Positions 24,344-34,026 of a stretch of DNA of 64,000 nt are shown one piece after another. Both the position numbers and the translations under genes were made by a program. The notes beneath the pieces were generated by a model that saw only the letters and a program-made list of their open reading frames with translations, was not told the DNA's origin and ran no database searches. The stretch spans positions 2,304-66,303 of the forward strand of contig CAVDFD010000001.1 of assembly GCA_963608145.1 (NCBI GenBank). Direction: 5' to 3'. Position 1 is the stretch's first letter; every line of letters starts with the position of its first letter. This DNA comes from Bacteroidaceae bacterium (GTDB taxonomy: Bacteria > Bacillota > Clostridia > Oscillospirales > Oscillospiraceae).

Positions 24344-25648
24344 ATGGAAAAATACGTCATAAACGGTGGAAAACCGCTTCAGGGCGAGGTAGAAATAAGC
24401 GGAGCAAAGAACGCGGCGGTCGCCATAATTCCGGCGGCGCTGATGGTAGACGGTGTATGCCGCATAGAGAATATGCCGCAGATCAGCGATACCGATATGC
24501 TTCTTACGATATTATCTCAGCTCGGAGCCGAGGTCAGAATGATCTGCCCCGGCACTATAGAGATCGACAGCCGCAATGTCCATTTCTGCGATGCTCCCTT
24601 TGAACTCATGCGCAAGATCCGCGCCTCGTATTATCTCATCGGCGCGATGCTCGGCAGATTCGGCAGCGCAAAGACTACGATGCCCGGCGGCTGCAATTTC
24701 GGCGTTCGCCCCATCGACCAGCATATAAAGGGCATGACGGCGCTCGGCGCGGAGGTCGATGTCCGCAACGGCTTTGTCTATGCCGAGGCGATAGACGGCA
24801 AGCTGCACGGCGCGAAGATATACCTCGATAAGGTCTCTGTCGGCGCGACGATGAACATCATTCTGGCGGCGACCATGGCAAGCGGTAGAACGATAATAGA
24901 AAACGCGGCAAGAGAGCCGCATATAGTTGACCTTGCAAACTTCCTCAACTCCATGGGTGCGGACGTGCGCGGCGCGGGCACGGACACGGTCAAGGTAAAC
25001 GGCGTTGAGCGTCTGCACGGCGGCAGCTACTCCATCATTCCCGACCAGATCGAGGCCGGAACCTATATGGTAGCGGCAGCGGCCACAGGCGGCGAGGTGC
25101 TCGTCAAAAACGTCATTCCCAAGCATCTTGAGTGCATCTCTGCAAAGCTGCGCGAGACCGGCACCATCGTTCAGGAGTATGAGGATTCCGTCCTTGTCAA
25201 GGGCAACGGACACCTGCGCAAGGCAAACGTAAAGACCCTGCCGTATCCCGGCTTCCCGACGGATATGCAGCCGCAGATGGGTGCGCTTTTGTGCATGGCA
25301 AACGGCACGAGCGTCATAACCGAGGGTATTTACGATAACCGCTTTAAGTATGTAAACGAGCTGCGCAAGATGGGCGCGGATATTCAGGTTGACGGACGCA
25401 TAGCCATTTTTGAAGGCGGCACGAAGCTCACGGGAGCTCCCGTCATGGCCTGCGACCTCAGAGCGGGCGCGGCGATGGTCATTGCCGGACTCTGTGCCAG
25501 CGGCATGACCGAGATAGAGGATATACATTTCATTGAGCGCGGCTATGAAAACTTTGTCGGCAAGCTCAGAAAGCTTGGCGCGGACATCAGCATCGTCACA
25601 TATCCCGACGAGCCGGAGCTGCGCGAAAAAGTAATATCGGTAGGATAA
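24344..25648 (+). CDS. murA: UDP-N-acetylglucosamine 1-carboxyvinyltransferase
   Basis: The MEKYVINGGKPLQGEVEISGAKNAAVAIIPAAL N-terminus and overall length are typical of MurA. ATG 24344 is preferred over the GTG at 24335. Confidence 0.95.
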   Translation: MEKYVINGGKPLQGEVEISGAKNAAVAIIPAALMVDGVCRIENMPQISDTDMLLTILSQLGAEVRMICPGTIEIDSRNVHFCDAPFELMRKIRASYYLIGAMLGRFGSAKTTMPGGCNFGVRPIDQHIKGMTALGAEVDVRNGFVYAEAIDGKLHGAKIYLDKVSVGATMNIILAATMASGRTIIENAAREPHIVDLANFLNSMGADVRGAGTDTVKVNGVERLHGGSYSIIPDQIEAGTYMVAAAATGGEVLVKNVIPKHLECISAKLRETGTIVQEYEDSVLVKGNGHLRKANVKTLPYPGFPTDMQPQMGALLCMANGTSVITEGIYDNRFKYVNELRKMGADIQVDGRIAIFEGGTKLTGAPVMACDLRAGAAMVIAGLCASGMTEIEDIHFIERGYENFVGKLRKLGADISIVTYPDEPELREKVISVG

Positions 25649-25655
25649 ACAAAAC

Positions 25656-26441
25656 ATGCGTATAGTGACTTTTGCCAGCGGCTCTTCGGGCAATTGCAGC
25701 CTCGTTTCTGAGGGCAAAGCGAATATACTTATAGATGCGGGGATATCCATGCGCAGGACTGTTGCAGCTCTTGCGCAGCTCGGACTTACTCCGCAGGATC
25801 TGTGCGGAGTGCTCATAACCCATGAGCACTCCGATCACATTTCAGGGCTTTCTATGCTTGTAAAGCACCATGACCTGAGTATATTTGCGCCAAAGCCTCT
25901 CTGCGAGGAGCTCTGCCGTGTAAAGCCGGATATAAAACATAATTTAAATCACATACCCGAGGACGACAGCTTCGACCTCGGCGGTATTGAGCTCAGCTGC
26001 TTTAAAACGATGCACGATGCGGCCTACAGCGTAGGCTATCGCTTTGAAGGAGAGCAGACCCTCGGCTTTGCTACCGATACCGGCAGCATAAACGATGCTC
26101 TTCTGGAAGGGCTCGAGGGAGCGCAGCTTGCGCTTATCGAGGCAAACCATGATATCCAAATGCTCAAAAACGGACCTTATCCGTACTTTCTCAAAAGCAG
26201 GATACTTGCGCCCACGGGACATTTATCCAACGACGACAGCGCAGCTCTTGCAAATTATCTTGCATCTCACGGCACAAGGCATATAATATTAGGACACCTA
26301 AGCCGCGAAAACGACACGCCCGAGCTCGCTTTCGGAGCGGTCAGAGCGGCTGTTTCGAGCGAAAATGTGCAAATTAGTGTCGCTCCGGCAAATAATATGC
26401 TTGCAGTGGAGGCATGTGAGAGGGTACAATGCTCAATATAA
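25656..26441 (+). CDS. MBL-fold metallo-hydrolase (YycJ/WalJ-like)
   Basis: HxHxDH motif ITHEHSDHISG. 261 aa. Located upstream of rlmH, as in many Firmicutes. Confidence 0.85.
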   Translation: MRIVTFASGSSGNCSLVSEGKANILIDAGISMRRTVAALAQLGLTPQDLCGVLITHEHSDHISGLSMLVKHHDLSIFAPKPLCEELCRVKPDIKHNLNHIPEDDSFDLGGIELSCFKTMHDAAYSVGYRFEGEQTLGFATDTGSINDALLEGLEGAQLALIEANHDIQMLKNGPYPYFLKSRILAPTGHLSNDDSAALANYLASHGTRHIILGHLSRENDTPELAFGAVRAAVSSENVQISVAPANNMLAVEACERVQCSI

Positions 26442-26911
26442 GGATAGTGTGCGTGGGAAAGCTCAGGGAACGGTTTTACATAGATGCGTTCAGCGAGTAC
26501 TCAAAGCGCCTGACGGCCTATTGCAGGTTTGAATGCATAGAGCTCAATGAAACAAAGCTGGGTCCTGCGCCGTCTGATAAGGAGATAGCCGCTGCACTGG
26601 ATAAGGAAGCGGCGGAGATAGAGCGAGCTCTCGGCAGAGATGCCTACGTCATAGCCATGTGTGTTGAGGGCGGGCAGCTCGACAGCGAAAGCTTTGCACA
26701 GAAAATAAATTCCCTCGCCGTATCGGGACGGGGGAGGATATGCTTTGTTATCGGCGGCTCCTTCGGCATATCGCCGAGGATAAAGCAGCGTGCGGATATG
26801 CGCCTTAGCATGAGCGAAATGACCTTTCCGCACCACCTTGCGCGGGTAATGCTCGCCGAGCAGATATACCGCGCCTTCAAGATAATCGAGGGATCGAAAT
26901 ATCACAAATAA
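26429..26911 (+). CDS. rlmH: 23S rRNA (pseudouridine1915-N3)-methyltransferase
   Basis: 160 aa SPOUT protein with the MLNIRIVCVGKLRE start and the C-terminal FPHHLARVMLAEQIYRAF motif. Confidence 0.9.
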   Translation: MLNIRIVCVGKLRERFYIDAFSEYSKRLTAYCRFECIELNETKLGPAPSDKEIAAALDKEAAEIERALGRDAYVIAMCVEGGQLDSESFAQKINSLAVSGRGRICFVIGGSFGISPRIKQRADMRLSMSEMTFPHHLARVMLAEQIYRAFKIIEGSKYHK

Positions 26912-26922
26912 CGGAGGGAACA

Positions 26923-27246
26923 ATGGACGAGAAAGCAAAGCCCGAATGGGGCAGACGTATGACGGGCGAGCTCCTGAAAAAGTGGCCTAAGGATGAAAAC
27001 GGCGAGCCGGTCGAGCCCGTTTTCCTTACTCACTGCAAGTGCCTTGACATCAATGATGAAATGATAGTAAACTTACTTGAGGCGTATGGTATCCCGTGCA
27101 TCAGACAATATCCGAACGACGGCGACTTTGGCCGCCTCATCCTCGGAACGAGCGGCACGGGAGTTGAGATATACGTTCCGAAGACTATGTACGAGGACGC
27201 TGTCAATTTAAGTGAAGGGAGCGCAGAATATGACGAGGAATTATAA
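26923..27246 (+). CDS. hypothetical small cytoplasmic protein
   Basis: 107 aa with a GGAGGG RBS and coding-like composition. No motif recognised with confidence. Confidence 0.6.
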   Translation: MDEKAKPEWGRRMTGELLKKWPKDENGEPVEPVFLTHCKCLDINDEMIVNLLEAYGIPCIRQYPNDGDFGRLILGTSGTGVEIYVPKTMYEDAVNLSEGSAEYDEEL

Positions 27247-28960
27247 GGAAGAATATCAGAGGTGGCTGGACAGCCCCGCACTGAGCGAATCCGAGTGGGA
27301 GGAGCTCAATTCAATAGCAGACGACGAAAAGGAGATCGAAAGCCGCTTTTTCGCCCCGCTCGAGTTCGGCACGGCAGGACTGCGCGGAACGATGAAGCTC
27401 GGTCTGCATCAGATGAACGTTCACATCATCCGTCATGCTACTCAGGCCTTTGCAAACGTTATAAAGGCCGAGGGCGAGGATGCGATGAAAAAGGGCATAG
27501 CCATATGCTTTGACTGCCGCAATAACAGCGAGCTGTTCGCGCATGAGGCCGCCTGCGTCATGGCCGCAAACGGCATACATGTCCGCATTTTTGACGCTCT
27601 GCGTCCCACGCCGGAGCTGAGCTTTGCCGTGCGCTATTACGGAACGTGCGCGGGTCTTAACATAACGGCGTCGCACAATCCCAAGGAGTATAACGGCTAT
27701 AAGGTCTACTGGTCCGACGGTGCGCAGCTTCCGCCGCAGCACGCGGAGGCTATCGCCGAGCAGATGAGCAGGATAGATATCTTTGATGATTTTATAAGCT
27801 GCGATTTTGACGAGGCTCTCGCGCAGGGAAAGATAGAGATCATCGGAAAAGAGACCGACGAGGCGTATCTTGAGCAGGTGCTCGGTCAGGCCATCAATAA
27901 GACGGTAGTTAAAAAGACCGCACCGGAGCTCAAAATCGTCTACACTCCCTTCCACGGAGCCGGTCACAAGCTCGTTCCCGAGGCACTGCACAGGCTTGGC
28001 ATAACTCAGCTTTATCCCGTGCCCGAGCAGATGGTCATCGACGGCAATTTCCCCACAGTCGAAAGCCCCAATCCCGAAAATCCCGAGGGCTTTTATCTGG
28101 CGATCGATCTCGCTAAAAAGGTCGGCAGCGATCTCATAATCGGAACAGACCCCGACTCGGACCGTATCGGCGTGATGGTGCGCTCGGGCGAGGAATATGT
28201 GCCCATCACCGGCAACCAGCTCGGCGTTCTGCTGCTGGACTATGTTATCAATGCACGCAAGGAAGCCGGTACTCTGCCTGAAAACGCCGGCGCTCTCAAG
28301 AGCATAGTTACCACCGAGATGGCAAAGACCGTTGCGGAGACAAACGGCGTGCATTTTGAGGATACCTTCACGGGCTTTAAGTTCATGGCCGAGCGTGTGG
28401 CTCAGTGGGAAAAGGCGGGAAGCTATAAATACATCTTCGCCTTTGAGGAAAGCTACGGCTATATGATGGGCGACTATGTCCGCGATAAGGACGCTGTCAC
28501 GGCCTCCATGATGGTCGCGGAGATGGCAGCCTACTATTACGATAAGGGAATGAACCTCAGTCAGGCTATGGAGAGCCTGTACGAAAAGTACGGCAGATAT
28601 GCCGAAAAGACGCTCAACCTCGTTATGCCTGGACTTGACGGTCTTGTCAAGATGAAAAAGCTCATGGCGGAGCTGCGCGAGAAGCCGCCCAAGCAGATAG
28701 CCGGTGTTGAGGTGTTCAGGCTGCGCGATTATTCCGACGGCAGCATAAAGGTCCCCGAGCTCGGCGTTATGGGTCAGACCCCGATAAAGGGCTCGAACGT
28801 TCTGTACTTTGAGCTTGCCGATGCAACGAGCTTTATCGTCCGTCCGTCCGGCACCGAGCCCAAGGTCAAGGTCTATATCCTCTGTAAGGGCGAGAATAAG
28901 GCAGAGTGCGATGCAAAGCTTGCAAAATATTCAGAGTATGCAGAAGGCCTGAGAAAATGA
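27230..28960 (+). CDS. phosphoglucomutase / phosphomannomutase family protein
   Basis: Active-site loop TASHNPKEYNGYK, metal loop GTDPDSDR and sugar-binding FEESYG. ATG 27230 is preferred over the track start. Confidence 0.92.
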   Translation: MTRNYKEEYQRWLDSPALSESEWEELNSIADDEKEIESRFFAPLEFGTAGLRGTMKLGLHQMNVHIIRHATQAFANVIKAEGEDAMKKGIAICFDCRNNSELFAHEAACVMAANGIHVRIFDALRPTPELSFAVRYYGTCAGLNITASHNPKEYNGYKVYWSDGAQLPPQHAEAIAEQMSRIDIFDDFISCDFDEALAQGKIEIIGKETDEAYLEQVLGQAINKTVVKKTAPELKIVYTPFHGAGHKLVPEALHRLGITQLYPVPEQMVIDGNFPTVESPNPENPEGFYLAIDLAKKVGSDLIIGTDPDSDRIGVMVRSGEEYVPITGNQLGVLLLDYVINARKEAGTLPENAGALKSIVTTEMAKTVAETNGVHFEDTFTGFKFMAERVAQWEKAGSYKYIFAFEESYGYMMGDYVRDKDAVTASMMVAEMAAYYYDKGMNLSQAMESLYEKYGRYAEKTLNLVMPGLDGLVKMKKLMAELREKPPKQIAGVEVFRLRDYSDGSIKVPELGVMGQTPIKGSNVLYFELADATSFIVRPSGTEPKVKVYILCKGENKAECDAKLAKYSEYAEGLRK

Positions 28961-29511
28961 AAAATAAGATAAGTCAGTTGGCTACCCTGTTCGGCACCTT
29001 CGCTGTTATAGGCGTTACTACCTTCGGCGGCGGCTATGCGATGCTTCCGGCATTGCAGCGCGAGGTTGTCGAAAAGCGCCGCTGGGCAGATGACGAGGAG
29101 ATCATGGACTGGTACGCGATCGGGCAATGTACGCCCGGCGTTATAGCGGTCAACACCGCGACCTTCGTCGGACAGAAGCAGGCGGGCGTTATCGGAGGCA
29201 TATTTGCGACCCTCGGTGTCGTGTTCCCATCGCTCGTTATAATAACGATCATTGCGGCGTTTATCCAGAACTTTGCCCACCTTCCCGCGGTGCAGAGCGC
29301 ATTTGCCGGTATCCGCGTGTGCGTGTGCGTATTGATCCTCAACGCCGTCGTGAAGCTGTGGAAAAAATCCGTTATCGACTGGAAAACGCTCCTTATATTC
29401 ATAGCGGTGTTCCTCGGCAGCGTGCTTCTGGACATATCTCCGGTGATCTACGTTGTTGCAGCAGCGCTTGCCGGTATAATAATAAAGGAACTGGAGGCGC
29501 GTAAGGCATGA
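28957..29511 (+). CDS. chromate transporter family protein (short CHR, first half)
   Basis: MKNKISQLATLFGTFAVIGVTTFGGGYAMLP is typical of the ChrA family. ATGA overlap with the upstream stop. Confidence 0.85.
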   Translation: MKNKISQLATLFGTFAVIGVTTFGGGYAMLPALQREVVEKRRWADDEEIMDWYAIGQCTPGVIAVNTATFVGQKQAGVIGGIFATLGVVFPSLVIITIIAAFIQNFAHLPAVQSAFAGIRVCVCVLILNAVVKLWKKSVIDWKTLLIFIAVFLGSVLLDISPVIYVVAAALAGIIIKELEARKA

Positions 29512-30080
29512 TATATCTGCGCCTGTTCTGGGAGTTTTTCAAAACCGGCCTCTTCGCCGTCGGCGGCGGACTGGCAACGCTCCCGTTTATCTACGATATG
29601 TCTGACCGCACCGGCTGGTTTACCTATCAGCAGATAGCGGACATGATCGCAATATCCGAGTCAACGCCGGGTCCCATAGGCGTTAACACCGCGACCTATG
29701 TCGGCTATATAACAGGCGGCCTGCCGGGAGCGATAATCGCAACGCTCGGCCTTGTGACACCGGCGATCATCATCATACTCATCATAGCCACCTGCCTTAA
29801 AAAATTCAGGGAGAACCGCTTTGTGGACAGCGCCTTTTACGGGCTGCGCCCCGCATCCGCCGGACTTATCGCGGCAGCGGGTTTCTCGGTCGTGCTCATA
29901 GCGCTCGTGCAGCTGGATGCATTCAAGGCAAGCGGCAATTTTGCCGACCTTATCTCGTGGAAGGGTCTGCTGCTCGCAGCGGTGATATGGGTGCTCACAA
30001 ACCTTGTGAAGAAAACAAAGGATCTGCATCCGATATTCTATATCGCGGCCTCAGCCGTTGCCGGAATACTTTTCTTTTAA
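29508..30080 (+). CDS. chromate transporter family protein (short CHR, second half)
   Basis: FKTGLFAVGGGLATLPF motif. 4-nt overlap with the first half-gene. This paired short-CHR arrangement is known from Bacillus ywrA/ywrB. Confidence 0.85.
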   Translation: MIYLRLFWEFFKTGLFAVGGGLATLPFIYDMSDRTGWFTYQQIADMIAISESTPGPIGVNTATYVGYITGGLPGAIIATLGLVTPAIIIILIIATCLKKFRENRFVDSAFYGLRPASAGLIAAAGFSVVLIALVQLDAFKASGNFADLISWKGLLLAAVIWVLTNLVKKTKDLHPIFYIAASAVAGILFF

Positions 30081-31033
30081 AACAATACAGCAGCGCCGAG
30101 CAGCGCCATAGCTGCTGCTATAAGCGCTACGCAAAACCGTCCGATCATGTATCGGGCGGTTTTTATATCCGTTCCGGCAGTCATGGCGAAGGTCTGAAAA
30201 TGAACCGACAGCCCGCCCCATGAGAGGATAAACGCGGCAAGCGCGAGATCAAGAGGGCTCATGCCGAGCCCTGTCATGCTTCCGATGCCGTTTCCGAGCT
30301 CAAGCACACCGATCAGCAGCGCACGGCAGAAGCCGAGCTCCGCTCCGAGCCGGTATGACAGCTCGCCTGCAAGCGCATAAATTATGCCCATGCCGCCGAG
30401 CACGCCGTTCAGCGCGGAAAATGCGAGTATAAAGGCGCAAACGCCTATAACGGAGTCGGCAGAGCGCTTTACGGAGGCCGTGAACGCTGCCGAAAAGCTC
30501 ACGGGTGAGAATATATCCTCGTCATAGCAGATATCGCGGGGCGCTTTGGGACTGATCATAAGCCCGAACATGAGCGCAGCGAGAATGTGCACCGCGTATA
30601 AAAAGAATCCTGCGGCAGCTGATGAGAACACGCCGATACCGGCAGCCCCTACTATGAATGCAGGGCCGGAGTTGTTGCAGAATATAAGTGCCCTCGATGC
30701 CTCGCCGCGGTCTATAAGCCCCTGAGAGCGCAGTCGGGCTATATACGCCGCGCCCAGAGGATATCCGCCCGTCACGCCTATTATAAAAGCCGTCACTCCG
30801 AAGCCCGATATGCAGAGCCTTGCTCCGAAGGGAGCGAGCGCGTTAGATATGAGCCTTGACGCGCCCAGCTCGTTCAGCAGATTAACCGCTATAAAAAACG
30901 GAAGCAGCGACGGGATTATCACCTGTGCACACAAGGTAAGTCCGCTCCTTACGGCCTCAGCCGCGGCCTTCGGAAAGATAAGCAGCGCTGCAAAGGCAGC
31001 GAGCGATGCGAGAATATACAGCGCCTTTTTCAA
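30077..31033 (-). CDS. ylbJ: YlbJ-like sporulation integral membrane protein (nucleoside-recognition-domain family)
   Basis: 318 aa polytopic membrane protein with a YlbJ-like N-terminus (CAQVIIPSLLPFFI). Sits next to the yqfC/yqfD sporulation genes. Confidence 0.7.
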   Translation of the reverse strand: MKKALYILASLAAFAALLIFPKAAAEAVRSGLTLCAQVIIPSLLPFFIAVNLLNELGASRLISNALAPFGARLCISGFGVTAFIIGVTGGYPLGAAYIARLRSQGLIDRGEASRALIFCNNSGPAFIVGAAGIGVFSSAAAGFFLYAVHILAALMFGLMISPKAPRDICYDEDIFSPVSFSAAFTASVKRSADSVIGVCAFILAFSALNGVLGGMGIIYALAGELSYRLGAELGFCRALLIGVLELGNGIGSMTGLGMSPLDLALAAFILSWGGLSVHFQTFAMTAGTDIKTARYMIGRFCVALIAAAMALLGAAVLF

Positions 31034-31104
31034 TATATCAGCTCCTTGTCCATGTATTAAGCTATGCTCTCCGGCATAGATTTAGACTGCGGAGGTGTTG
31101 GGGT

Positions 31105-31374
31105 ATGAAAGCAAAACGGGGCAGCACCGAGCTTCTTGCCGACAGGCTCGACATCCCTGCCGATGCTCTTGGCAGCATGAAGCTCAGCCTGTGCGGAAGA
31201 AGCCGCCTGCTCGTAGAAAACCACGGCGGCATAATAAGCTACGGCGACGCGCTTATTGTGATAGGCTGCGGCAAAACGAAGCTCAGCGTGCTCGGAGACG
31301 GCCTGCGCCTTGAGGCAATGAACGCCGGAGATATGCTCATCTGCGGCACGATTACGGCATTGGAGTTTGAATGA
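31105..31374 (+). CDS. yqfC: sporulation protein YqfC (YabP family)
   Basis: LADRLDIPADALGSMKLSLCGRSRLLVENHGGIISY matches the YqfC/YabP pattern. ATG 31105 chosen. Immediately followed by yqfD. Confidence 0.8.
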   Translation: MKAKRGSTELLADRLDIPADALGSMKLSLCGRSRLLVENHGGIISYGDALIVIGCGKTKLSVLGDGLRLEAMNAGDMLICGTITALEFE

Positions 31375-32549
31375 TGAAAAAGCTTTACGATCTTGCCCGC
31401 GGAACGGTCAAGCTTGAGGTCGGAGGCGCAGAGCCCGAGCGGATACTCAATTTCTGCGCCGGACGCGGCATAGCATTCTGGAAAACGAGCCCCTGCGAGG
31501 ATTTTAAGATAACGTTTTTCGCATATACATCCGATCTGCCTGCCCTTATGTCGCAAAACGGGAAAAACGGACTTGAGATAAGGGTTTTGGAGGAGAAGGG
31601 CGGCAGAAGACTTGCGCTGAGCGCCAAAAGAAGAGCGGCGCTCATAACGCTGGGCGTTTTGAGTATAGCTCTTGCCGCCCTGTCCTCGCTGTTTCTGTGG
31701 AGCATAGATATAGAGGGAAACGATACACTCAGCGACGCGCAGATACTGCGGGTCTTAGCCGATTGCGGCGTTGAATACGGTGCGTTCTGGCCATCGCTTT
31801 CGTCGGATGCGGTGCGCAGCTATGTGGTTGCCGAAATGCCGGAGATCGCGTGGCTTAGCCTGAACGTGCGCTCATCGCGGGCGCAGATAGTCGTTCACGA
31901 GCGCGTGGATAAGCCGGAGATCGTCAACGAAAAAGCGCCCTGCGATATCGTTGCGGCAAAAAGCGGAGTCATAAGGCGCATGTCCGTTTTGGAGGGCGAG
32001 AGCGCGGCGGTGAAGGGCAGCGCCGTTGCAAAGGGCGACGTGCTCGTGCGCGGCCTTATGAGCAGCGAAACGGGGGAGGCGCGCTATGTTCACTCCATGG
32101 CACAGGTCATTGCCGACACATGGTACGAGATAAGCGCCCAAACGCCGCTAAGCGAGGAGCGCAAAGATAAAAAGCAGGGGACGGACACAGCTTTTTCGCT
32201 CGTTATCGGGAAAAAGCGGATAAATTTTTTCTCTGACAGTAGAAATAAATACACAAGTTGTGATAAAATAAATAAATTAAGATACATATCCCTCGGCGGC
32301 GTGTTCACGCTGCCGGTCGGATATGCCCTTGAGCGCACGACGCAGTACGAGACAAGGACCGTTCCCATCGACGAGAATGATGCCGCAAGGCGGATGAAGG
32401 CAACGCTCAGAGCCGAGCTTCAGCGCCGCATCGGGGACGGGCAGATCGTCTCGGAGGAGTATACGGTCTCAAAAAGCGAAGGCCTGCTCACTGTGACGCT
32501 GCGTGCTCAGTGCACTGAGAACATTGCCAAGGAGGCAGGCTATGATTGA
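31371..32549 (+). CDS. yqfD: sporulation protein YqfD
   Basis: N-terminal G.V.LEV.G..PERILNFC...GI.FW pattern, one central TM helix, 392 aa. ATGA overlap with yqfC. Confidence 0.85.
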   Translation: MMKKLYDLARGTVKLEVGGAEPERILNFCAGRGIAFWKTSPCEDFKITFFAYTSDLPALMSQNGKNGLEIRVLEEKGGRRLALSAKRRAALITLGVLSIALAALSSLFLWSIDIEGNDTLSDAQILRVLADCGVEYGAFWPSLSSDAVRSYVVAEMPEIAWLSLNVRSSRAQIVVHERVDKPEIVNEKAPCDIVAAKSGVIRRMSVLEGESAAVKGSAVAKGDVLVRGLMSSETGEARYVHSMAQVIADTWYEISAQTPLSEERKDKKQGTDTAFSLVIGKKRINFFSDSRNKYTSCDKINKLRYISLGGVFTLPVGYALERTTQYETRTVPIDENDAARRMKATLRAELQRRIGDGQIVSEEYTVSKSEGLLTVTLRAQCTENIAKEAGYD

Positions 32550-33546
32550 AAGAACGATAGAGGTCGAAAGAATGGAGCACGTCATAAGTGTGTTCGGCTC
32601 ATTCGACCGCAATTTGAGCATAATCGAGTCCGAGCTCGGCGTGAAGGTACTCGACCGCGAAAACAAGATACACATCTGCGGCGAGGAGGAGAGCGCCATG
32701 CTCGCGGAAAAGGCCATAAACGGCCTTCTGACGCTGGCCGCCCGCGGTGAGAGCATCGACGCGCAGAGCGTGAGATACATCCTCAAGCTCGTCTCGGAGG
32801 GCAAGGAGTCGAAGATAAACGAGCTTGCCAGCGACGTGGTGTGCATAACGGCAAAGGGCAAGCCCATAAAGGCCAAGACCCTCGGTCAGAAAAGCTACTG
32901 CGACGCTATTGCAAACAACACCATAACCCTCGGCATAGGTCCGGCGGGTACCGGCAAGACTTACCTCGCGGTTGCAGCGGCTGTCGCGGCGTTCAGAGCC
33001 GAGGAGGTAAACCGCATAATCCTTACGCGCCCCGCGGTCGAGGCGGGCGAGCGTCTCGGCTTCCTGCCGGGCGATCTGCAAAGCAAGGTAGACCCATATC
33101 TGCGCCCGCTGTACGACGCGCTGTTTGACATGCTCGGAGCCGATACCTATCAGAAATACCTTGAGCGGGGCAATATCGAGGTCGCACCGCTTGCCTACAT
33201 GCGCGGACGCACGCTCGACGACAGCTTTATTATCCTCGACGAGGCGCAGAACACCTCACGCGAGCAGATGAAAATGTTCCTCACGCGCATAGGCTTCGGC
33301 TCGAAGGTCGTCATAACCGGCGATATCACTCAGATAGACCTGCCCGAGGATAAGGTCAGCGGCCTGAAGATAGCCATGAAGGTGCTCGACGGCATCGAGG
33401 ATATCTCCATCTGCCGGCTCACAGGAGCCGATGTCGTGCGGCACAGGCTTGTTCAGAAGATCATCGAGGCATACGAGGTATACGATAAGAAAAATCCGCC
33501 CGAGCCCGTTAAAAAGGCCGGAGCGTACAAGAGGAAAAAGCAATGA
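32542..33546 (+). CDS. phoH: PhoH-family ATPase
   Basis: Walker A GPAGTGKTYLAVA, Walker B IILDEAQN and ITGDITQIDLP. Confidence 0.92.
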   Translation: MIERTIEVERMEHVISVFGSFDRNLSIIESELGVKVLDRENKIHICGEEESAMLAEKAINGLLTLAARGESIDAQSVRYILKLVSEGKESKINELASDVVCITAKGKPIKAKTLGQKSYCDAIANNTITLGIGPAGTGKTYLAVAAAVAAFRAEEVNRIILTRPAVEAGERLGFLPGDLQSKVDPYLRPLYDALFDMLGADTYQKYLERGNIEVAPLAYMRGRTLDDSFIILDEAQNTSREQMKMFLTRIGFGSKVVITGDITQIDLPEDKVSGLKIAMKVLDGIEDISICRLTGADVVRHRLVQKIIEAYEVYDKKNPPEPVKKAGAYKRKKQ

Positions 33547-34025
33547 TAAAGCATGAGATATATGTAAGCCGCGAAAAAAGCGGCATGGGACATAACAACG
33601 CCGCTGCGCTCATAAAAAAAGCCGCAGCAAGGGCGCTTGAAGCCGAGGGTGCGGACAGACCCTGCCTTATAAGCGTTATGCTCACGGATAACGAGGGCAT
33701 ACGCGAGACAAACCGCGATTTCCGCGGCATAGACGCAGCCACGGATGTGCTGTCGTTTCCCTTGAACGAGCTCAGCCCCGGCAAATTTGATCCATCTCTC
33801 TGCGATACCGACCCCTATACCGGCGCTGTCATGCTCGGTGACATGATGATATCGCTCGAGCGCTGCGCCGAGCAGGGCGAGGAGCTTGGCCACGGCTTTG
33901 ACAGGGAAGTGAGCTACCTTACGGTTCACAGCGTCCTGCATCTTCTCGGCTACGACCATATCGACGAGGGCGAGATGAAAAAGCAGATGCGCGCAAGAGA
34001 AAAAGAAATTATGGGAGACATGTGA
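33543..34025 (+). CDS. ybeY: rRNA maturation endoribonuclease YbeY
   Basis: Zinc motif HSVLHLLGYDH. 160 aa. Confidence 0.92.
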   Translation: MIKHEIYVSREKSGMGHNNAAALIKKAAARALEAEGADRPCLISVMLTDNEGIRETNRDFRGIDAATDVLSFPLNELSPGKFDPSLCDTDPYTGAVMLGDMMISLERCAEQGEELGHGFDREVSYLTVHSVLHLLGYDHIDEGEMKKQMRAREKEIMGDM

Positions 34026-34026
34026 T

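Noticed and set aside
24512-25816. 434-aa minus-strand ORF. Similar long antisense ORFs occur at 27311-28354, 35875-37197, 44976-46214, 46293-47312, 54420-55508, 56332-57597, 60452-61228 and 62013-62762
   Set aside because: Each is the mirror of a highly conserved housekeeping gene (murA, pgm, mutS2, fusA, tuf, lysS, uvrB, the zincin fusion, tsaD). Their composition is low-complexity and they lack translation signals.
31034-31104. Possible sigma-E type sporulation promoter upstream of yqfC (CATGTATT ... CATAGATT)
   Set aside because: The spacing (16 nt) and the -35 match are poor relative to the Bacillus sigma-E consensus as I remember it. I cannot support it without a position-weight-matrix scan or transcript data.
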